DNA from: an uncultured delta proteobacterium
Lineage (GTDB): Bacteria > Desulfobacterota > Desulfuromonadia > Geobacterales > DSM-12255
NCBI GenBank assembly: GCA_963787125.1
Contig: CAWBBV010000001.1
Span: 96,001-160,000 of the forward strand
DNA length: 64,000 nucleotides
Direction: 5' to 3'
Part shown: in pieces, positions 29,989 to 40,978 of the stretch
How positions within the stretch are numbered: the first letter of the stretch is position 1
Layout: each line of letters starts with the position of its first letter
Notes under the pieces: generated by a model
What the model was told of the DNA's origin: nothing
The model's input: the letters and a program-made list of their open reading frames with translations, nothing else
Databases searched by the model: none
Program-made: the position numbers and the translations under genes

Positions 29989-31110
29989 TCAGAGTAGGAC
30001 AAGATTGTCCCGGTGAATAAGCTCGTCACCATAACGGTAGCCGAGAATTTCTTCTATTTCCAGGCTTTTGTGTCCCATTATCAGCAGCATTTCACTACTT
30101 GAATAGGAAACTATCCCCCGGGCAAACTCGTTGCCATCCAGGTCAGCTACCCTGATACAGGCACCACGCTCAAAAGTCCCGTCAATCCTGACCACCCCTG
30201 AAGGGAGCAGACTGCGGCCATCCTGGCGCAATACTTTCACCGCACCGGCATCCAGATAGGCTCTCCCCTGAGGCCGGATCGTAAAAGCAATCCAGTGCTT
30301 CCTGCTGGTCAGGCTTTGATCAGCCGGCAGAAACAGGGTGCCGCACTCTTCTCCGCTAAACAGACGGCTGATGATACCCGGATCCGTACCGTTGACTATC
30401 AGGGCTGCAGCTCCGGATCTGCCGGCCTTTTTTGCCGCAGCAAGTTTTGTGGCCATTCCACCTGTGCCGACTGCAGAACCGCTCCCGCCGGCTGCCCGTT
30501 CCATCTCCTTCGTTACAGTCCGCACCAGCGGAATAAGAATGGCATCGGAGTTATGGCGAGGGTCTGCATCATAGAGACCGTCAATATCGGTCAATATCAT
30601 CAGTAATCCCGCATCGACCAGATTAGTGACCAAGGCTGAGAGGTTATCGTTATCGCCGAACTTTATCTCTTCAACCGCGACAGTGTCATTTTCATTGATG
30701 ACCGGCACAATACCGAGTTCCAGTAGCGTTTCAAGGGTCGTGCGCGCGTTAAGAAAGCGCTGGCGGTCAGCAAGATCTTCTCTTGTAAGAAGGATCTGTG
30801 CAACCAGGCAGTCATTGGCAGAAAACGCACCTTCATACTCTCGTAGCAATCGTGGCTGGCCTACCGCTGCAGCTGCCTGCTTTTGGGGTATGGTCACGGG
30901 TCGATCGGTAAAGCCGAGGACTGCCCGTCCGGCAGCAATAGCCCCGGAAGAGACGATGATCACCTCGCGCCCTTCCCGGCGCAAGCCCGCCACCTGTGAC
31001 GCAAGCTGTGAAATCCAGTTCCGGTTCAGCTGACTCTCATCGTCCGTCAGGATCCGGCTGCCGATTTTAATAACAATCCGTTTAATATTTTTGAGAAGTT
31101 CAGAGCGCAT
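29989..31110 (-). CDS. proB: Glutamate 5-kinase
   Basis: KIGS, NENDTV, FGDNDNL and GTGGMATK motifs; PUA domain. Confidence 0.97.
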   Translation of the reverse strand: MRSELLKNIKRIVIKIGSRILTDDESQLNRNWISQLASQVAGLRREGREVIIVSSGAIAAGRAVLGFTDRPVTIPQKQAAAAVGQPRLLREYEGAFSANDCLVAQILLTREDLADRQRFLNARTTLETLLELGIVPVINENDTVAVEEIKFGDNDNLSALVTNLVDAGLLMILTDIDGLYDADPRHNSDAILIPLVRTVTKEMERAAGGSGSAVGTGGMATKLAAAKKAGRSGAAALIVNGTDPGIISRLFSGEECGTLFLPADQSLTSRKHWIAFTIRPQGRAYLDAGAVKVLRQDGRSLLPSGVVRIDGTFERGACIRVADLDGNEFARGIVSYSSSEMLLIMGHKSLEIEEILGYRYGDELIHRDNLVLL

Positions 31111-31127
31111 AAGCTAATATCTCTCGT

Positions 31128-32138
31128 CTAAAGAACTGTGTTACTCCAGAGGTAACGGGCGATCTCATCAAGCAGCGGCGGAATTCCGGCGCCAGTCGCT
31201 GCCGATACCGGGAATACTTTCAAACCGAGTTTTTCAAAATAGGGGATGATTTCCGGAAGGAGCGCCTGGACGTCCGGCAAATCGATCTTGTTAATAACGA
31301 TGATCTGCGGTTTTTCGGCCAGTTCGGGATTGAACAGCGCGAGTTCCCTGTTAAGGGTCGTGTAATCGTCAAGCGGGTTCGAATCGTGAGTTCTGCATGG
31401 ATCGAGCAGGTGAAGGAGGATGCGGGTTCGTTCCACATGTTTGAGGAAGCGATGGCCGAGACCGGCGCCGTCATGGGCTCCTTCAATGATTCCAGGGATG
31501 TCTGCCATCACGAAAGTCCGGTAGTTCTTGTAGTCGACCACTCCAAGATGTGGTCTGAGGGTTGTAAACGGGTAGTCGGCAATCTTCGGTCTGGCTGCCG
31601 AAACTTTAGTAATAAAAGATGATTTGCCTACGCTTGGAAAGCCGAGTAGACCGACATCTGCCATTAGTTTCAGTTCAAGCCTGATGGTAAGTTCCTCGCC
31701 CGGTTCACCTGGCTGGGCAAACCGTGGCGCCTTGTTGGTAGAGGTCATGAACCGGGCATTCCCCTGGCCGCCACGCCCGCCCTTGAGAAGCACCAACCGT
31801 TGTTCAGATTCAGCCATGTCAACAATAATATCGCCGGTCTCCGCATCCTTTACAATGGTGCCTGGCGGCACCAGGATAACCAGATCTTCGCCACCGGCGC
31901 CGTGACGATCGCTCCCCATGCCGTTCTTGCCGCGCTGCGCCCGCTGGTGCGGATGGAGGCGCAAGTCGTACAGTGTTCCTATTTGCGGTGACACCTGCAG
32001 GATGAGGTCGCCACCCTTGCCGCCATCACCACCGTTCGGCCCGCCAAGAGGGATAAATTTCTCTCTGCGGAACGAGACGCAGCCTGATCCGCCGTCACCG
32101 GCACTTGCAATAATTTTTACTTCATCTATAAAGCTCAT
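31128..32138 (-). CDS. obgE: GTPase ObgE/CgtA
   Basis: Start MSFIDEV; Gly-rich Obg fold; GFPSVGKS and YPFTT. Confidence 0.97.
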   Translation of the reverse strand: MSFIDEVKIIASAGDGGSGCVSFRREKFIPLGGPNGGDGGKGGDLILQVSPQIGTLYDLRLHPHQRAQRGKNGMGSDRHGAGGEDLVILVPPGTIVKDAETGDIIVDMAESEQRLVLLKGGRGGQGNARFMTSTNKAPRFAQPGEPGEELTIRLELKLMADVGLLGFPSVGKSSFITKVSAARPKIADYPFTTLRPHLGVVDYKNYRTFVMADIPGIIEGAHDGAGLGHRFLKHVERTRILLHLLDPCRTHDSNPLDDYTTLNRELALFNPELAEKPQIIVINKIDLPDVQALLPEIIPYFEKLGLKVFPVSAATGAGIPPLLDEIARYLWSNTVL

Positions 32139-32281
32139 AATCCCTTGCCCGGCAAAATCTGCCTCAATACTGATCCGTAATCCTTGCAAACAGGACGGTA
32201 CATCAACGAAGTTACAAATAACGACAAAAGCCCGGAGTTAACGCCCCGGGCCCTGTAGTTGATAGTCAGATGCTGCTACCC

Positions 32282-32539
32282 TTAGTTGGCTGGGTAGACT
32301 GACACCTTTTTCCGGTCGCGACCCATCCGCTCAAACTTTACGACGCCGTCAATCAGGGAGAAAAGAGTATAGTCTTTTCCGCAGCCGACATTGTTGCCAG
32401 GGTGAATGGATGTACCGTGCTGACGGTAGAGGATGTTTCCGGCGCGAACTGTTTCACCGCCGAATTTTTTGCAGCCAAGTCTCTGACCGGATGAATCGCG
32501 GCCGTTTCTTGTACTTCCACCCGCCTTTTTGTGTGCCAT
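32282..32539 (-). CDS. rpmA: 50S ribosomal protein L27
   Basis: [16 protein letters not shown]. Confidence 0.98.
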   Translation of the reverse strand: MAHKKAGGSTRNGRDSSGQRLGCKKFGGETVRAGNILYRQHGTSIHPGNNVGCGKDYTLFSLIDGVVKFERMGRDRKKVSVYPAN

Positions 32540-32581
32540 TAGTGATACCCTCCAAGCTTTTGCCGGCTATCGGCAATTGCT

Positions 32582-32890
32582 TTATGCGTTGATCGTCTCT
32601 ATCTTCAGGACAGTTTTAAGTTGGCGGTGCCCGTTAAGTTTTCGGGAGTTTTTCCGGCGCTTGGATTTGAAGACTAGAATCTTCTTGTCCTTCCCCTGTT
32701 CGACAATTGTGCCGACTACAGAAGCGCTGGGCACTACCGGTGTTCCGATTTTAACCGTATCGCCGCCAACCATCAGGATTTCTTCGAGCGTAATGGTTTC
32801 ACCCACTGCGCCTTCGATTTTCTCGACTTTCAAAAAGTCGCCTACGGAAACTTTATACTGCTTCCCTCCGGTTTTAACTACTGCGTACAT
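32582..32890 (-). CDS. rplU: 50S ribosomal protein L21
   Basis: MYAVVKTGGKQY...GHRQ. Confidence 0.98.
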   Translation of the reverse strand: MYAVVKTGGKQYKVSVGDFLKVEKIEGAVGETITLEEILMVGGDTVKIGTPVVPSASVVGTIVEQGKDKKILVFKSKRRKNSRKLNGHRQLKTVLKIETINA

Positions 32891-32986
32891 CAATATACTC
32901 ACCACCTTTACCATATTTTTGACTGAGCTTGGAAAAATACCTTGAAATGCGAGGTGATGTCAAGGAGTTTTATCAATCAAGCTTTA

Positions 32987-33286
32987 TCAGCCTATCTCGA
33001 CATGAATCTCATCGCCTTGAAGCTGTACCGGGAAGATTTTCAGGGTATAAGCCGGATTGTCAATACAGCTGCCGCTTTTCAGGTCAAAGCGAAAGCCGTG
33101 ACGCGGACATGACAGGTGACCATCCTTGACAATCCCTGCCTGCATTGGCGAACCCTGATGCGGACATTCGTTTTCACAGGCAAAAATCTCACCCTTGATA
33201 TTGGTAAGAAGAATTTCCTGCCCATTAACTGTAACAACTTTTTTCCCGAAATTTGGGACTTCACTGATTTTTGCGGCAAAGAACAT
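32987..33286 (-). CDS. Rieske [2Fe-2S] ferredoxin
   Basis: CPHQ...CPRHG motifs; RBS AGGAGG. Confidence 0.9.
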   Translation of the reverse strand: MFFAAKISEVPNFGKKVVTVNGQEILLTNIKGEIFACENECPHQGSPMQAGIVKDGHLSCPRHGFRFDLKSGSCIDNPAYTLKIFPVQLQGDEIHVEIG

Positions 33287-33307
33287 GATTGATCCTCCTT
33301 GCATGTT

Positions 33308-34819
33308 TCAGCTTATGGCGATTTCGAACTGCTCCTGATGGAACCCGGGCTTCGCCCGCACCGTGATTCTCTTCTTGAATTTCTTTTCCAACTCCTCCAG
33401 ACCGCGACGCTCTTCATCGTAAAGCAGATCGGCAACCTGGGGATGAACAGTCAAGGTCGCTTTCGTGCCGCGAATATCGAGCATCTCCCGGCGCAGTTCC
33501 CTGAAGATTTCGTAACAGACGGTGGTTTTAGATTTCACATAACCGCGTCCCTCACAGTACGGGCAGGGCTCACACATCATCCGCCCCATGCTTTCACGCA
33601 CACGCTTTCTGGTCATCTCTACCAGTCCGAGTTCAGAGATTTTCAGGATATTGGTTTTTGATTTATCTGCTTTGAGTGCCTCTTCAAGAGCGCCATAAAC
33701 CTTTTCCCGGTTCACCTCTTTTTCCATATCGATGAAATCTATGATTATTATTCCGCCCAGATTCCGAAGCCTTAGTTGGTACGCAATCTCTTTGACCGCC
33801 TCAAGGTTGGTCTTAAGGATGGTATCCTCAAGGTTATGCTTGCCCACATACCTGCCGGTGTTAACATCTATAGCTGTCAGAGCCTCTGTCTGCTCGATGA
33901 TGATATAACCGCCGCTCTTAAGCCAGACTTTCCGGCCAAGAGCACGGCTTATCTCCACCTCAAGACCATAGTTGTCAAACATCGGTTCTTCGTCATCGTA
34001 AATCTCGATGGAATACTTCATTTTCGGCATAAAGGTGGTTATAAACTGGACGATCCGGTCATATTCAGGCTTTGAATCAACTACAATCCGGTCGACTGAC
34101 TCAGTTAATATGTCCCGCACCACTTTCTGGGTCATATCCAGGTCAGAATGGATCAGAAGCGGGGGGCAACCCTTGTCCTTTCGCTTGTCAATCTCTTCCC
34201 AGAGCTTGACAAGATATTTCATATCCGCCTGAAGGTCTTCTTCGCTCTTGGCTTCGGAAACAGTCCTGACTATAAAGCCGCTACCGGCCGGCTTGATCCG
34301 CTCCACAATCTCCTTCAGCCGCTCACGCTCGGTTTCATCTTCTATCCGCCGCGAAATCCCCACGTGGTCGACCGTCGGCATATAGACAAGATGGCGACCG
34401 GGCAGTGATATATGGGCAGTGATTCGGGCGCCTTTTGTGCCGATCGGCTCCTTTGATATCTGCACAAGGAGTTCCTGCCCTTCCTGAAGAAGCTCTTCGA
34501 TCGGGTGCATGGGCTGCATGTCCGGGGCTTCACCCTCTCCGGGCTCATCACCATTACCGCTGCGTTCCATAAAAGACTCAAACTCTTCCAACGGATCATA
34601 GACGTCTGCGACATAAAGAAACGCTGCCTTTTCAAGGCCGATATCCACAAAGGCGGCCTGCATTCCCGGAAGAACCCTGACGACCCTCCCCTTGTAGATA
34701 TTGCCGACAATTCCCTTCACTTTTGCCCGTTCTATGTAGAGTTCGGCGATGGTACCGTTTTCTATCAGGGCGACGCGAGTCTCGTGGGAGGTGGTGTTGA
34801 TAACCAGCTCATTTGCCAT
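33308..34819 (-). CDS. rng: Ribonuclease G (Rne/Rng family)
   Basis: GNIYKGRV..VLPGMQAAFVDIG, IDVNTG and RLRNLGGIIIIDFIDM. Confidence 0.93.
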   Translation of the reverse strand: MANELVINTTSHETRVALIENGTIAELYIERAKVKGIVGNIYKGRVVRVLPGMQAAFVDIGLEKAAFLYVADVYDPLEEFESFMERSGNGDEPGEGEAPDMQPMHPIEELLQEGQELLVQISKEPIGTKGARITAHISLPGRHLVYMPTVDHVGISRRIEDETERERLKEIVERIKPAGSGFIVRTVSEAKSEEDLQADMKYLVKLWEEIDKRKDKGCPPLLIHSDLDMTQKVVRDILTESVDRIVVDSKPEYDRIVQFITTFMPKMKYSIEIYDDEEPMFDNYGLEVEISRALGRKVWLKSGGYIIIEQTEALTAIDVNTGRYVGKHNLEDTILKTNLEAVKEIAYQLRLRNLGGIIIIDFIDMEKEVNREKVYGALEEALKADKSKTNILKISELGLVEMTRKRVRESMGRMMCEPCPYCEGRGYVKSKTTVCYEIFRELRREMLDIRGTKATLTVHPQVADLLYDEERRGLEELEKKFKKRITVRAKPGFHQEQFEIAIS

Positions 34820-34846
34820 ACTGCTCCTCTGTAAACTGTATTAAAT

Positions 34847-37381
34847 TTATATAAATAAAGATGAATCCTTAAAAATTACGTCCAATTTCTCTATCCGGCA
34901 TTCTTCCAGCTCTTTGAGTGAAGCGCCGGTAATTGCCGAGACGAACTCAAGTGGTTTGCCGCGCCCGATCTCCATGGTAAGACTGTTTTCAGCTGCAGTG
35001 AGACTGTGTAGTTCATGGCGCAGGTCATACTCTTGCGGACCGTTTTTCTTGACCCTTCTATAGGGACAGCTTTCACTGGCCATGAAGTTTGCCGCGGCTC
35101 GTTCAAGATCTGCTGGCGGTTTATCCGGGAAGGTTACCCTGTAGCGCACCCGCTCCATAATCGTCGAAAGCGACGGGCTCTTCAGCGGCACGATCCAGGC
35201 GGACAGCACAGAAATCCCGAACGGAAGTGAGGCGTTAAGCGCCACTTTCAGCATGTCGGCATCAAACTCAGGTGACACCTCGATATCCAGATATTCGGCG
35301 GAAGATTCTACACCTACAGAGAGCGCAGTTGCAAACGAGAATTTCGGGTGCGGGTGGAACCCCAGTGAATATTTGACCGGAATCGACGCTCTTTTCACTG
35401 CTCTGGTCAAGAGAGTTATCATCTCAAGATGACTTAAAAAAATCATCGCCCCGCTTTTTGAGTATCTGACCCGGATTCGCCTGGCCCCGTCAGACAATGG
35501 TGCCTGAGCTGAGCTTGCTGCCGGTGCATAACCGGCAACCTCAGTCGTACTGTCAATGTCTGTGGCAGTACGATTGCGAATCTCTTTGAAATCACAGACC
35601 CCACAACCGGTACAGACACCTTCACGGCAATCTTGAGTGAATTCCCCTTGAACACCACTGGCTCGCTCTTTCAGCAGGAAATCCCTGCTGACGCCACTGT
35701 CGATATGATCCCACGGCAGAACATCTTCAACGTCTCTGCCGCGCAGGTAAAAGCGCGGATCAATTCCGGCAATTTCAAAAGCTTTCTGCCATTTGGAAAA
35801 GCTGAAATGATCCCCCCAGCTATCGAACCGGCACCCGAGATTAACTGCTTCAAGCAAAACCTTGCCAAGACGCCTGTCGCCACGGGCAAATACCCCCTCA
35901 ATAACCGACAGCGGCGCATCGTGCCATTTGAATTTAAGTTTGCGTTTTTTCAGCTCGTCCCGCAAAAATCCCTGCTTTGTAAGAATCTCCTCGTAGCTTA
36001 TCTGCTCTTCCCACTGAAAAGGTGTGTGTGCTTTGGGAACAAAACTTGAGACTGAAACATTGACTTCACCACCGCTGCGGCTGACTTTCCCTTCGCTTTT
36101 GACTCGCCTGGCAAGATCGACAATTGCGGCAATGTCATCCATTGTTTCTGTCGGCAGCCCTATCATGAAATAAAGCTTTATCAGCCGCCACCCGGCGCCG
36201 AATGCGGCATTAGCGTCTTTCAAAAGTGCTTCTTCAGTAATCCCTTTGTTGATCACCTGCCGCAGCCGTTCACTTCCTGCCTCCGGCGCCAGAGTCAAGC
36301 CGGTTTTACGGACTTTTTTGACCTCTTCGACCAACTCGTCGGAGAGCGTGCCAACCCGCAGTGACGGAAATGACACGGCGATCCTGCTTTCTGCATATCG
36401 CGCCATTAACTCCTTCAGTAACGGAGTGAGGCAACCGTAATCCCCCGCAGCAAGAGACAGGAGCGACACCTCTTCGTATCCCGTATGCCGGAGAGTCTTT
36501 TCGACTGTCTCAAGAATTTTTTCCGGAGAACGTTCTCTTAAAGGGCGATAGATGTAGCCGGCCTGACAGAAACGGCACCCTCTGGTGCAGCCACGGCCTA
36601 TTTCCATGGCGACCCTGTCATGAACAGTTTTCAGAAAAGGGATCACTGGCGCAGTCGGATATGGGGCTATCTCCAGATCGGCCAGAAAGCGCCGCCTGAC
36701 CTTACTGTAGCCGGTTTTTAACGGGACGATCTTCTCTATGCGACCATCTTCCTGATACGCCACGGTGAAAAACGACGGCACGTAAACACCGGGGATTGTG
36801 GCAAGCCGCTCCAGAACCTCACTCTTTTCAGCCCCTGCAGCTTTAAGTTGCCGACAGAGTTCAGCTATCTGCGGCGCGGCCTCTTCACCGTCGCCAATCA
36901 GGAATGCATCGAAAAAGTCAGCCAAAGGCTCAGGGTTATAGGCGCATGGCCCGCCACCGAGAACAAGCGGCCAGGGATCATGCCGCTCTGCTGCCAAAAG
37001 TGGTATCCCGGATATCCTCAGCATGTTGATAATATTGGTATAGGAAAGCTCGTGCTGAAGGGTAAAACCGATAATATCAACATCAGCAAGAAGGGTTGAG
37101 CTTTCCAGGGTAGTAATGAGTTTGCCACTTTCCCGCAGTTGATCTTCACGGTCAGGCCAGGGAGAATAAACCCTCTCAGCTGCCAGCCATTCATAGCTAT
37201 TAAGTATATTGTAAAGGATCTGAAAGCCAAGATGGCTCATCCCGATCTCATAAACATCCGGAAATGCAAGCACAAAGCGAACTTCAGGTGAATCTTTTTG
37301 AATAATGCCGACTTCGCCACCCATATAACGGGCAGGCTTGTCTACATTGAGCAGACTGCTATCTATCATATCCATCTCCAT
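34847..37381 (-). CDS. TIGR03960-type radical SAM protein fused to a DUF2344 domain
   Basis: KPARYMGGE, FPDVYEIGMSHLG, CTRGCRFC; C-terminal SHLE..GFHPHPK. Confidence 0.85.
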   Translation of the reverse strand: MEMDMIDSSLLNVDKPARYMGGEVGIIQKDSPEVRFVLAFPDVYEIGMSHLGFQILYNILNSYEWLAAERVYSPWPDREDQLRESGKLITTLESSTLLADVDIIGFTLQHELSYTNIINMLRISGIPLLAAERHDPWPLVLGGGPCAYNPEPLADFFDAFLIGDGEEAAPQIAELCRQLKAAGAEKSEVLERLATIPGVYVPSFFTVAYQEDGRIEKIVPLKTGYSKVRRRFLADLEIAPYPTAPVIPFLKTVHDRVAMEIGRGCTRGCRFCQAGYIYRPLRERSPEKILETVEKTLRHTGYEEVSLLSLAAGDYGCLTPLLKELMARYAESRIAVSFPSLRVGTLSDELVEEVKKVRKTGLTLAPEAGSERLRQVINKGITEEALLKDANAAFGAGWRLIKLYFMIGLPTETMDDIAAIVDLARRVKSEGKVSRSGGEVNVSVSSFVPKAHTPFQWEEQISYEEILTKQGFLRDELKKRKLKFKWHDAPLSVIEGVFARGDRRLGKVLLEAVNLGCRFDSWGDHFSFSKWQKAFEIAGIDPRFYLRGRDVEDVLPWDHIDSGVSRDFLLKERASGVQGEFTQDCREGVCTGCGVCDFKEIRNRTATDIDSTTEVAGYAPAASSAQAPLSDGARRIRVRYSKSGAMIFLSHLEMITLLTRAVKRASIPVKYSLGFHPHPKFSFATALSVGVESSAEYLDIEVSPEFDADMLKVALNASLPFGISVLSAWIVPLKSPSLSTIMERVRYRVTFPDKPPADLERAAANFMASESCPYRRVKKNGPQEYDLRHELHSLTAAENSLTMEIGRGKPLEFVSAITGASLKELEECRIEKLDVIFKDSSLFI

Positions 37382-37584
37382 ATTAAATTTAAGCCCTTAT
37401 GCACTAAGTGGCGCATCATACTAACAGCTGCAGCCTGCTGAAGCAAGCTTCGTAAACCGGGCATACCGCAAATAAGGCAACCACAACCTGAAATAAGTTA
37501 CAACAACGACCGTAATTTCAAGACAAATCCAGACGCTAATTAAAAAGCTACGCCATTACGGCATGTTGAGTTTTATTATCAAGC

Positions 37585-37601
37585 TTGGCACGGCAAATGC
37601 T
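37585..37601 (+). promoter_or_regulatory. Sigma54 (-24/-12) promoter
   Basis: TTGGCACGGCAAATGCT, GG-N10-GC spacing. Confidence 0.8.
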
Positions 37602-37654
37602 TTATAGCTAAACATCGATACAAAAATAAGCTTTACAATCAAAGGGGAAAGAAA

Positions 37655-37906
37655 ATGAAAAAAGTTATGTCTTCCATCGTTGCCGCTATCGTTGCTGTTG
37701 CTTTTGCTGGTGTATGTTTTGCTGCTGAAGCAAAGAAAGAAATGGCACCTGCTGCTGCACCTGCTGCTGCTGCACCTGCTGCTGAGAAGAAAGAAGAAGC
37801 AAAGCCTAAGAAAGCTAAAAAAGCAAAGAAAGCAAAGAAAGCAGAGAAGAAAGACGCTGCTGCTCCTGCTGACGCAAAGAAAGACGCTGCTCCTGCTGCA
37901 AAGTAA
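37655..37906 (+). CDS. Small secreted Ala/Lys-rich low-complexity protein
   Basis: Signal peptide; KKAKKAKKA and APAAA repeats; RBS AAGGGG. Confidence 0.8.
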   Translation: MKKVMSSIVAAIVAVAFAGVCFAAEAKKEMAPAAAPAAAAPAAEKKEEAKPKKAKKAKKAKKAEKKDAAAPADAKKDAAPAAK

Positions 37907-37925
37907 TCAACTTCTCACAGAGAAT

Positions 37926-37959
37926 AAAAAAAGCCGCATCTTCGGATGCGGCTTTTTTT
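37926..37959. terminator. Bidirectional terminator
   Basis: A7-GCCGCATC-TTCG-GATGCGGC-T7. Confidence 0.9.
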
Positions 37960-37977
37960 ATTGCAGATCATATTTTT

Positions 37978-38373
37978 TTAAAACTTACTATCTATTTCAG
38001 ATGATTCCTTCATCCAGACGTATCTAGGCTCTATCCATGGATCATAAAAGCCAGGATACGCAACAAAAAAGGTAAACAGTTCACCTATCCCGCTGGCAGT
38101 CCTTACAACCGCCATCCCGACTCCTTTAAGCGGACCGATGACAACACCGCGCCCCCAACCGCTCTCTTTCCCGGTTATGTATATCTGCTTGGGAAACTCT
38201 GCCCACCCGGTCAGGACGTTAGCCGCGCCACGAACCCCTTTGGTAGCCATACCATCCACAATCTCTTGCGGGGAAGCATTATCTATTGTTTTGTATTCCG
38301 AAGCCTGAACTCGCCCAATACCCACAACACAGGTAAAAACTGTCACGCTTATGAACAGTAAAAGTCTGGACAT
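37978..38373 (-). CDS. TIGR04073-like (exosortase-associated) protein
   Basis: KGVRGAANVLTGWAEFPKQI...GPLKG..RT pattern. Confidence 0.7.
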   Translation of the reverse strand: MSRLLLFISVTVFTCVVGIGRVQASEYKTIDNASPQEIVDGMATKGVRGAANVLTGWAEFPKQIYITGKESGWGRGVVIGPLKGVGMAVVRTASGIGELFTFFVAYPGFYDPWIEPRYVWMKESSEIDSKF

Positions 38374-38804
38374 TATTTTTCACCGACCTTCGGATCTTTT
38401 TGTGATTCTTTCGACTTGGTCACTTCCTGTTGCGTCAAAACTTCCCCGCGCACTTCGTCCCACCCCTGCCAGACGAACTCAGGATCCATCATGGGGTCAA
38501 AATAGCCGGGCTGCGGCACCATAAAAAATACCGTTTCGGTCAAACCGATGAAGCATCGATAAAGCGTCATGCCGACACCTTTGATCGGCCCGACTACATA
38601 GCCGACAGTGCCATGGTTGCGACCTGTCAGTATTGTCTGCTTGGGTAGCTCGACGATTGCAGTAGCAAAGTTAGTCACCCCGCGCACCAGCTTAAAGGAC
38701 ATCTTCTCAGCAATTGATTCAGGTCTGGGCACTTCTGTGGCAAACGCCGGGGTAGTCATGAAAGCAGCGGTCATGAGCGCAAAGGCCAGAAAAAGAGTCT
38801 TCAT
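38373..38804 (-). CDS. TIGR04073-like (exosortase-associated) protein, tandem paralog
   Basis: KLVRGVTNFATAIVELPKQ...GPIKG pattern. Confidence 0.7.
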   Translation of the reverse strand: MKTLFLAFALMTAAFMTTPAFATEVPRPESIAEKMSFKLVRGVTNFATAIVELPKQTILTGRNHGTVGYVVGPIKGVGMTLYRCFIGLTETVFFMVPQPGYFDPMMDPEFVWQGWDEVRGEVLTQQEVTKSKESQKDPKVGEK

Positions 38805-38971
38805 AAGCGATGATTCTCCTTTTATGCAGATTATAAGAGTTTATCTCCTTTTAACACAATACCTGTGGGGTAGCAAGTACAGCAGATAGCTGCTGTTTGA
38901 AATTGCTGGTTAAAAAAAAGACGCTCACCCCTTCGGGCTGCGCCTTTTTACAAAAAAATTTATGGCAGGGG

Positions 38972-39568
38972 TTATGAATGCTTTGCAAGATAGGTGGCAA
39001 CTCCGTCAGCTGTCGGCTTCATTGCCTCCTCACCCTCTTTCCAGTTAGCTGGACAGACCTGATCACCGTGAGTTTCGACAAATTGAAGGGCCGTAACCAT
39101 ACGAATCGCCTCGTCAACGCTTCTGCCGAGCGGCAGATCGTTAATTACCGAGTGCCGGACAACACCTTTGGTATCAATGAGAAAGAGTCCCCGCAGAGCA
39201 ACCGCATCATTAAAAAGAATACCGTAGCTTCTGGCAATGTTCTTGTTTAGATCTGACACAAGCGGATACTGAATATCGCCGATGCCGCCATCTTCGAGTT
39301 TTGTATTCTTCCAGGCAAGGTGGGTGAATTTAGAGTCAACCGAAACGCCCACAACTTCACAGTTCCTGTTTTTGAATTCGTTAAGCTTCTTGTTGAATGC
39401 CAGTATCTCTGAAGGGCAGACAAACGTGAAGTCAAGCGGGTAAAAGAAAAGGACGACATATTTACCTTTAAGAGCTGAAAGGGTAATCTGGCCGAAACTG
39501 TTGTCCGGCAGAACTGCGTCAGCGGTAAAATCAGGTGCCTGCTGTGTTACAAGTGTACAAGCGCTCAT
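38972..39568 (-). CDS. ahpC: 2-Cys peroxiredoxin
   Basis: FYPLDFTFVCPSE and VCPANW. Confidence 0.95.
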   Translation of the reverse strand: MSACTLVTQQAPDFTADAVLPDNSFGQITLSALKGKYVVLFFYPLDFTFVCPSEILAFNKKLNEFKNRNCEVVGVSVDSKFTHLAWKNTKLEDGGIGDIQYPLVSDLNKNIARSYGILFNDAVALRGLFLIDTKGVVRHSVINDLPLGRSVDEAIRMVTALQFVETHGDQVCPANWKEGEEAMKPTADGVATYLAKHS

Positions 39569-39678
39569 GGTGATTAATCTCCTTGGCCGATATTTTTATG
39601 AATCCATGCATAAGAAAATACCAACCAGTTCCGGACTTGTCAAGCACAAAAAGATCAATCAAGTCCTTTTTATCCTGT

Positions 39679-40431
39679 TTACTTTATCTCTCCTCGAATC
39701 CCGACGGTCACCTCTTTAAGCGGAATAGCCTTGCCTGACGCTGCCAGAGCCTGTTTTGCCGCTATGACAATCCCGCCGCAGCATGGCACTTCCATCCTCA
39801 TAACAGTGATGCTTTTCAGAGATGAATTGCGAAAGAGTTCGGTCAATTTCTGTGTATAGAACTGGTTGTCATCAAGCTTCGGACATCCTATCACGACAGC
39901 CTTACCCGCCAGAAAGTCCTTATGAAAATCAGCATAGGCGAACGGCACACAATCTGCCGCTATCAAAAGGTCGGCATCCTGGAAATAAGGTGCTGAAGTC
40001 GATACAAGGTGAAGCTGGACCGGCCACTGAGCAAGCACGCTCTGTTGCGCCCCCACTGCTACCGTTGCCGGAGCAGCTTTAGCTTCAAAGCTCATAGATC
40101 TTGAACCTGGACAGCCACCGCCGTGACCATGATCGCCACTATGTCCATGAGCGTGATGTCCATGGTGATGGTTATGGGCCGTACCCTTGCCAACAGCCTC
40201 CAGATGTTTCTCAACTTCAGCCTCGTCAAACTCGTCAGCCTCGCGCTCAATGATCTTGATTGCATCCTGTGGGCAATCTCCAAGACAGGCTCCAAGACCA
40301 TCGCAGAGATTGTCTGCCGAGAGCACCGCCTTGCCGTTAATCATCTTTATAGCGCCTTCAGCACAAGAAGGGACACAGAGCCCGCAGCCGTTACATTTAT
40401 CCTGATCGATCTGGACAATTTTTCTGATCAT
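39679..40431 (-). CDS. 4Fe-4S ferredoxin-domain protein with His-rich linker
   Basis: CNGCGLCVPSC, CDGLGACLGDCP, WPVQL, GCPKLD and MEVPCC. Confidence 0.85.
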   Translation of the reverse strand: MIRKIVQIDQDKCNGCGLCVPSCAEGAIKMINGKAVLSADNLCDGLGACLGDCPQDAIKIIEREADEFDEAEVEKHLEAVGKGTAHNHHHGHHAHGHSGDHGHGGGCPGSRSMSFEAKAAPATVAVGAQQSVLAQWPVQLHLVSTSAPYFQDADLLIAADCVPFAYADFHKDFLAGKAVVIGCPKLDDNQFYTQKLTELFRNSSLKSITVMRMEVPCCGGIVIAAKQALAASGKAIPLKEVTVGIRGEIK

Positions 40432-40454
40432 TTACATTTCTCCTTTTTTAATTT

Positions 40455-40826
40455 TCAGCGGTTGATAAAATAATGCCACAGATAATCTATTCGCCCCTGC
40501 ATTATCATCCGTCTCCCGGAATAAGCCATTATCTCTCTTATTTTCAGCCGATACTCGGGAGTGTAGCAGTGGATATGGCAACTTTTGCAGCTCGGTTTCG
40601 GTTCCAGCGGGCAGAGAGATCTCTTCTGCATGCCATGCTCAAGCAGCGCTGCGCAGTCGGGACAGATAGTCTCTTCCGGGCGTCTCCCCGGTCGAACTAT
40701 TTCGGGTATATTTCGCTCGCCGACGTTTTTACGGTCGTGTCTGGCATGGCAAAAAAGCCGTATAAAACTGGCAAGAACTCTTAAATCTCTAATTTGCGCG
40801 GCTGTAAGCTTGTTCATGGTTACCAT
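40455..40826 (-). CDS. YgbA-family (nitrous oxide-stimulated promoter) protein
   Basis: FCHARH, CPDC, CP..KPSCKSCHIHCY and MAYSG motifs; start may be 40817. Confidence 0.8.
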   Translation of the reverse strand: MVTMNKLTAAQIRDLRVLASFIRLFCHARHDRKNVGERNIPEIVRPGRRPEETICPDCAALLEHGMQKRSLCPLEPKPSCKSCHIHCYTPEYRLKIREIMAYSGRRMIMQGRIDYLWHYFINR

Positions 40827-40851
40827 CCTATCCGAGTCAAGAGCTTTACAT

Positions 40852-40868
40852 AATGATTCAAGTCAAAT
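40852..40868 (-). promoter_or_regulatory. Putative HcpR/FNR-type binding site
   Basis: Minus strand ATTTGAC-TTGA-ATCATT upstream of the ygbA-ferredoxin genes. Confidence 0.45.
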
Positions 40869-40978
40869 CTTTTCAATTGAGCGCAGATATCGAATAGTCT
40901 CTTTGGCTGCTTGCCAGATTGTGCTATAGATTAGCAGAAAAGCAGTGCTAACTCAGCAAACGAGTTACTGGAATAATT

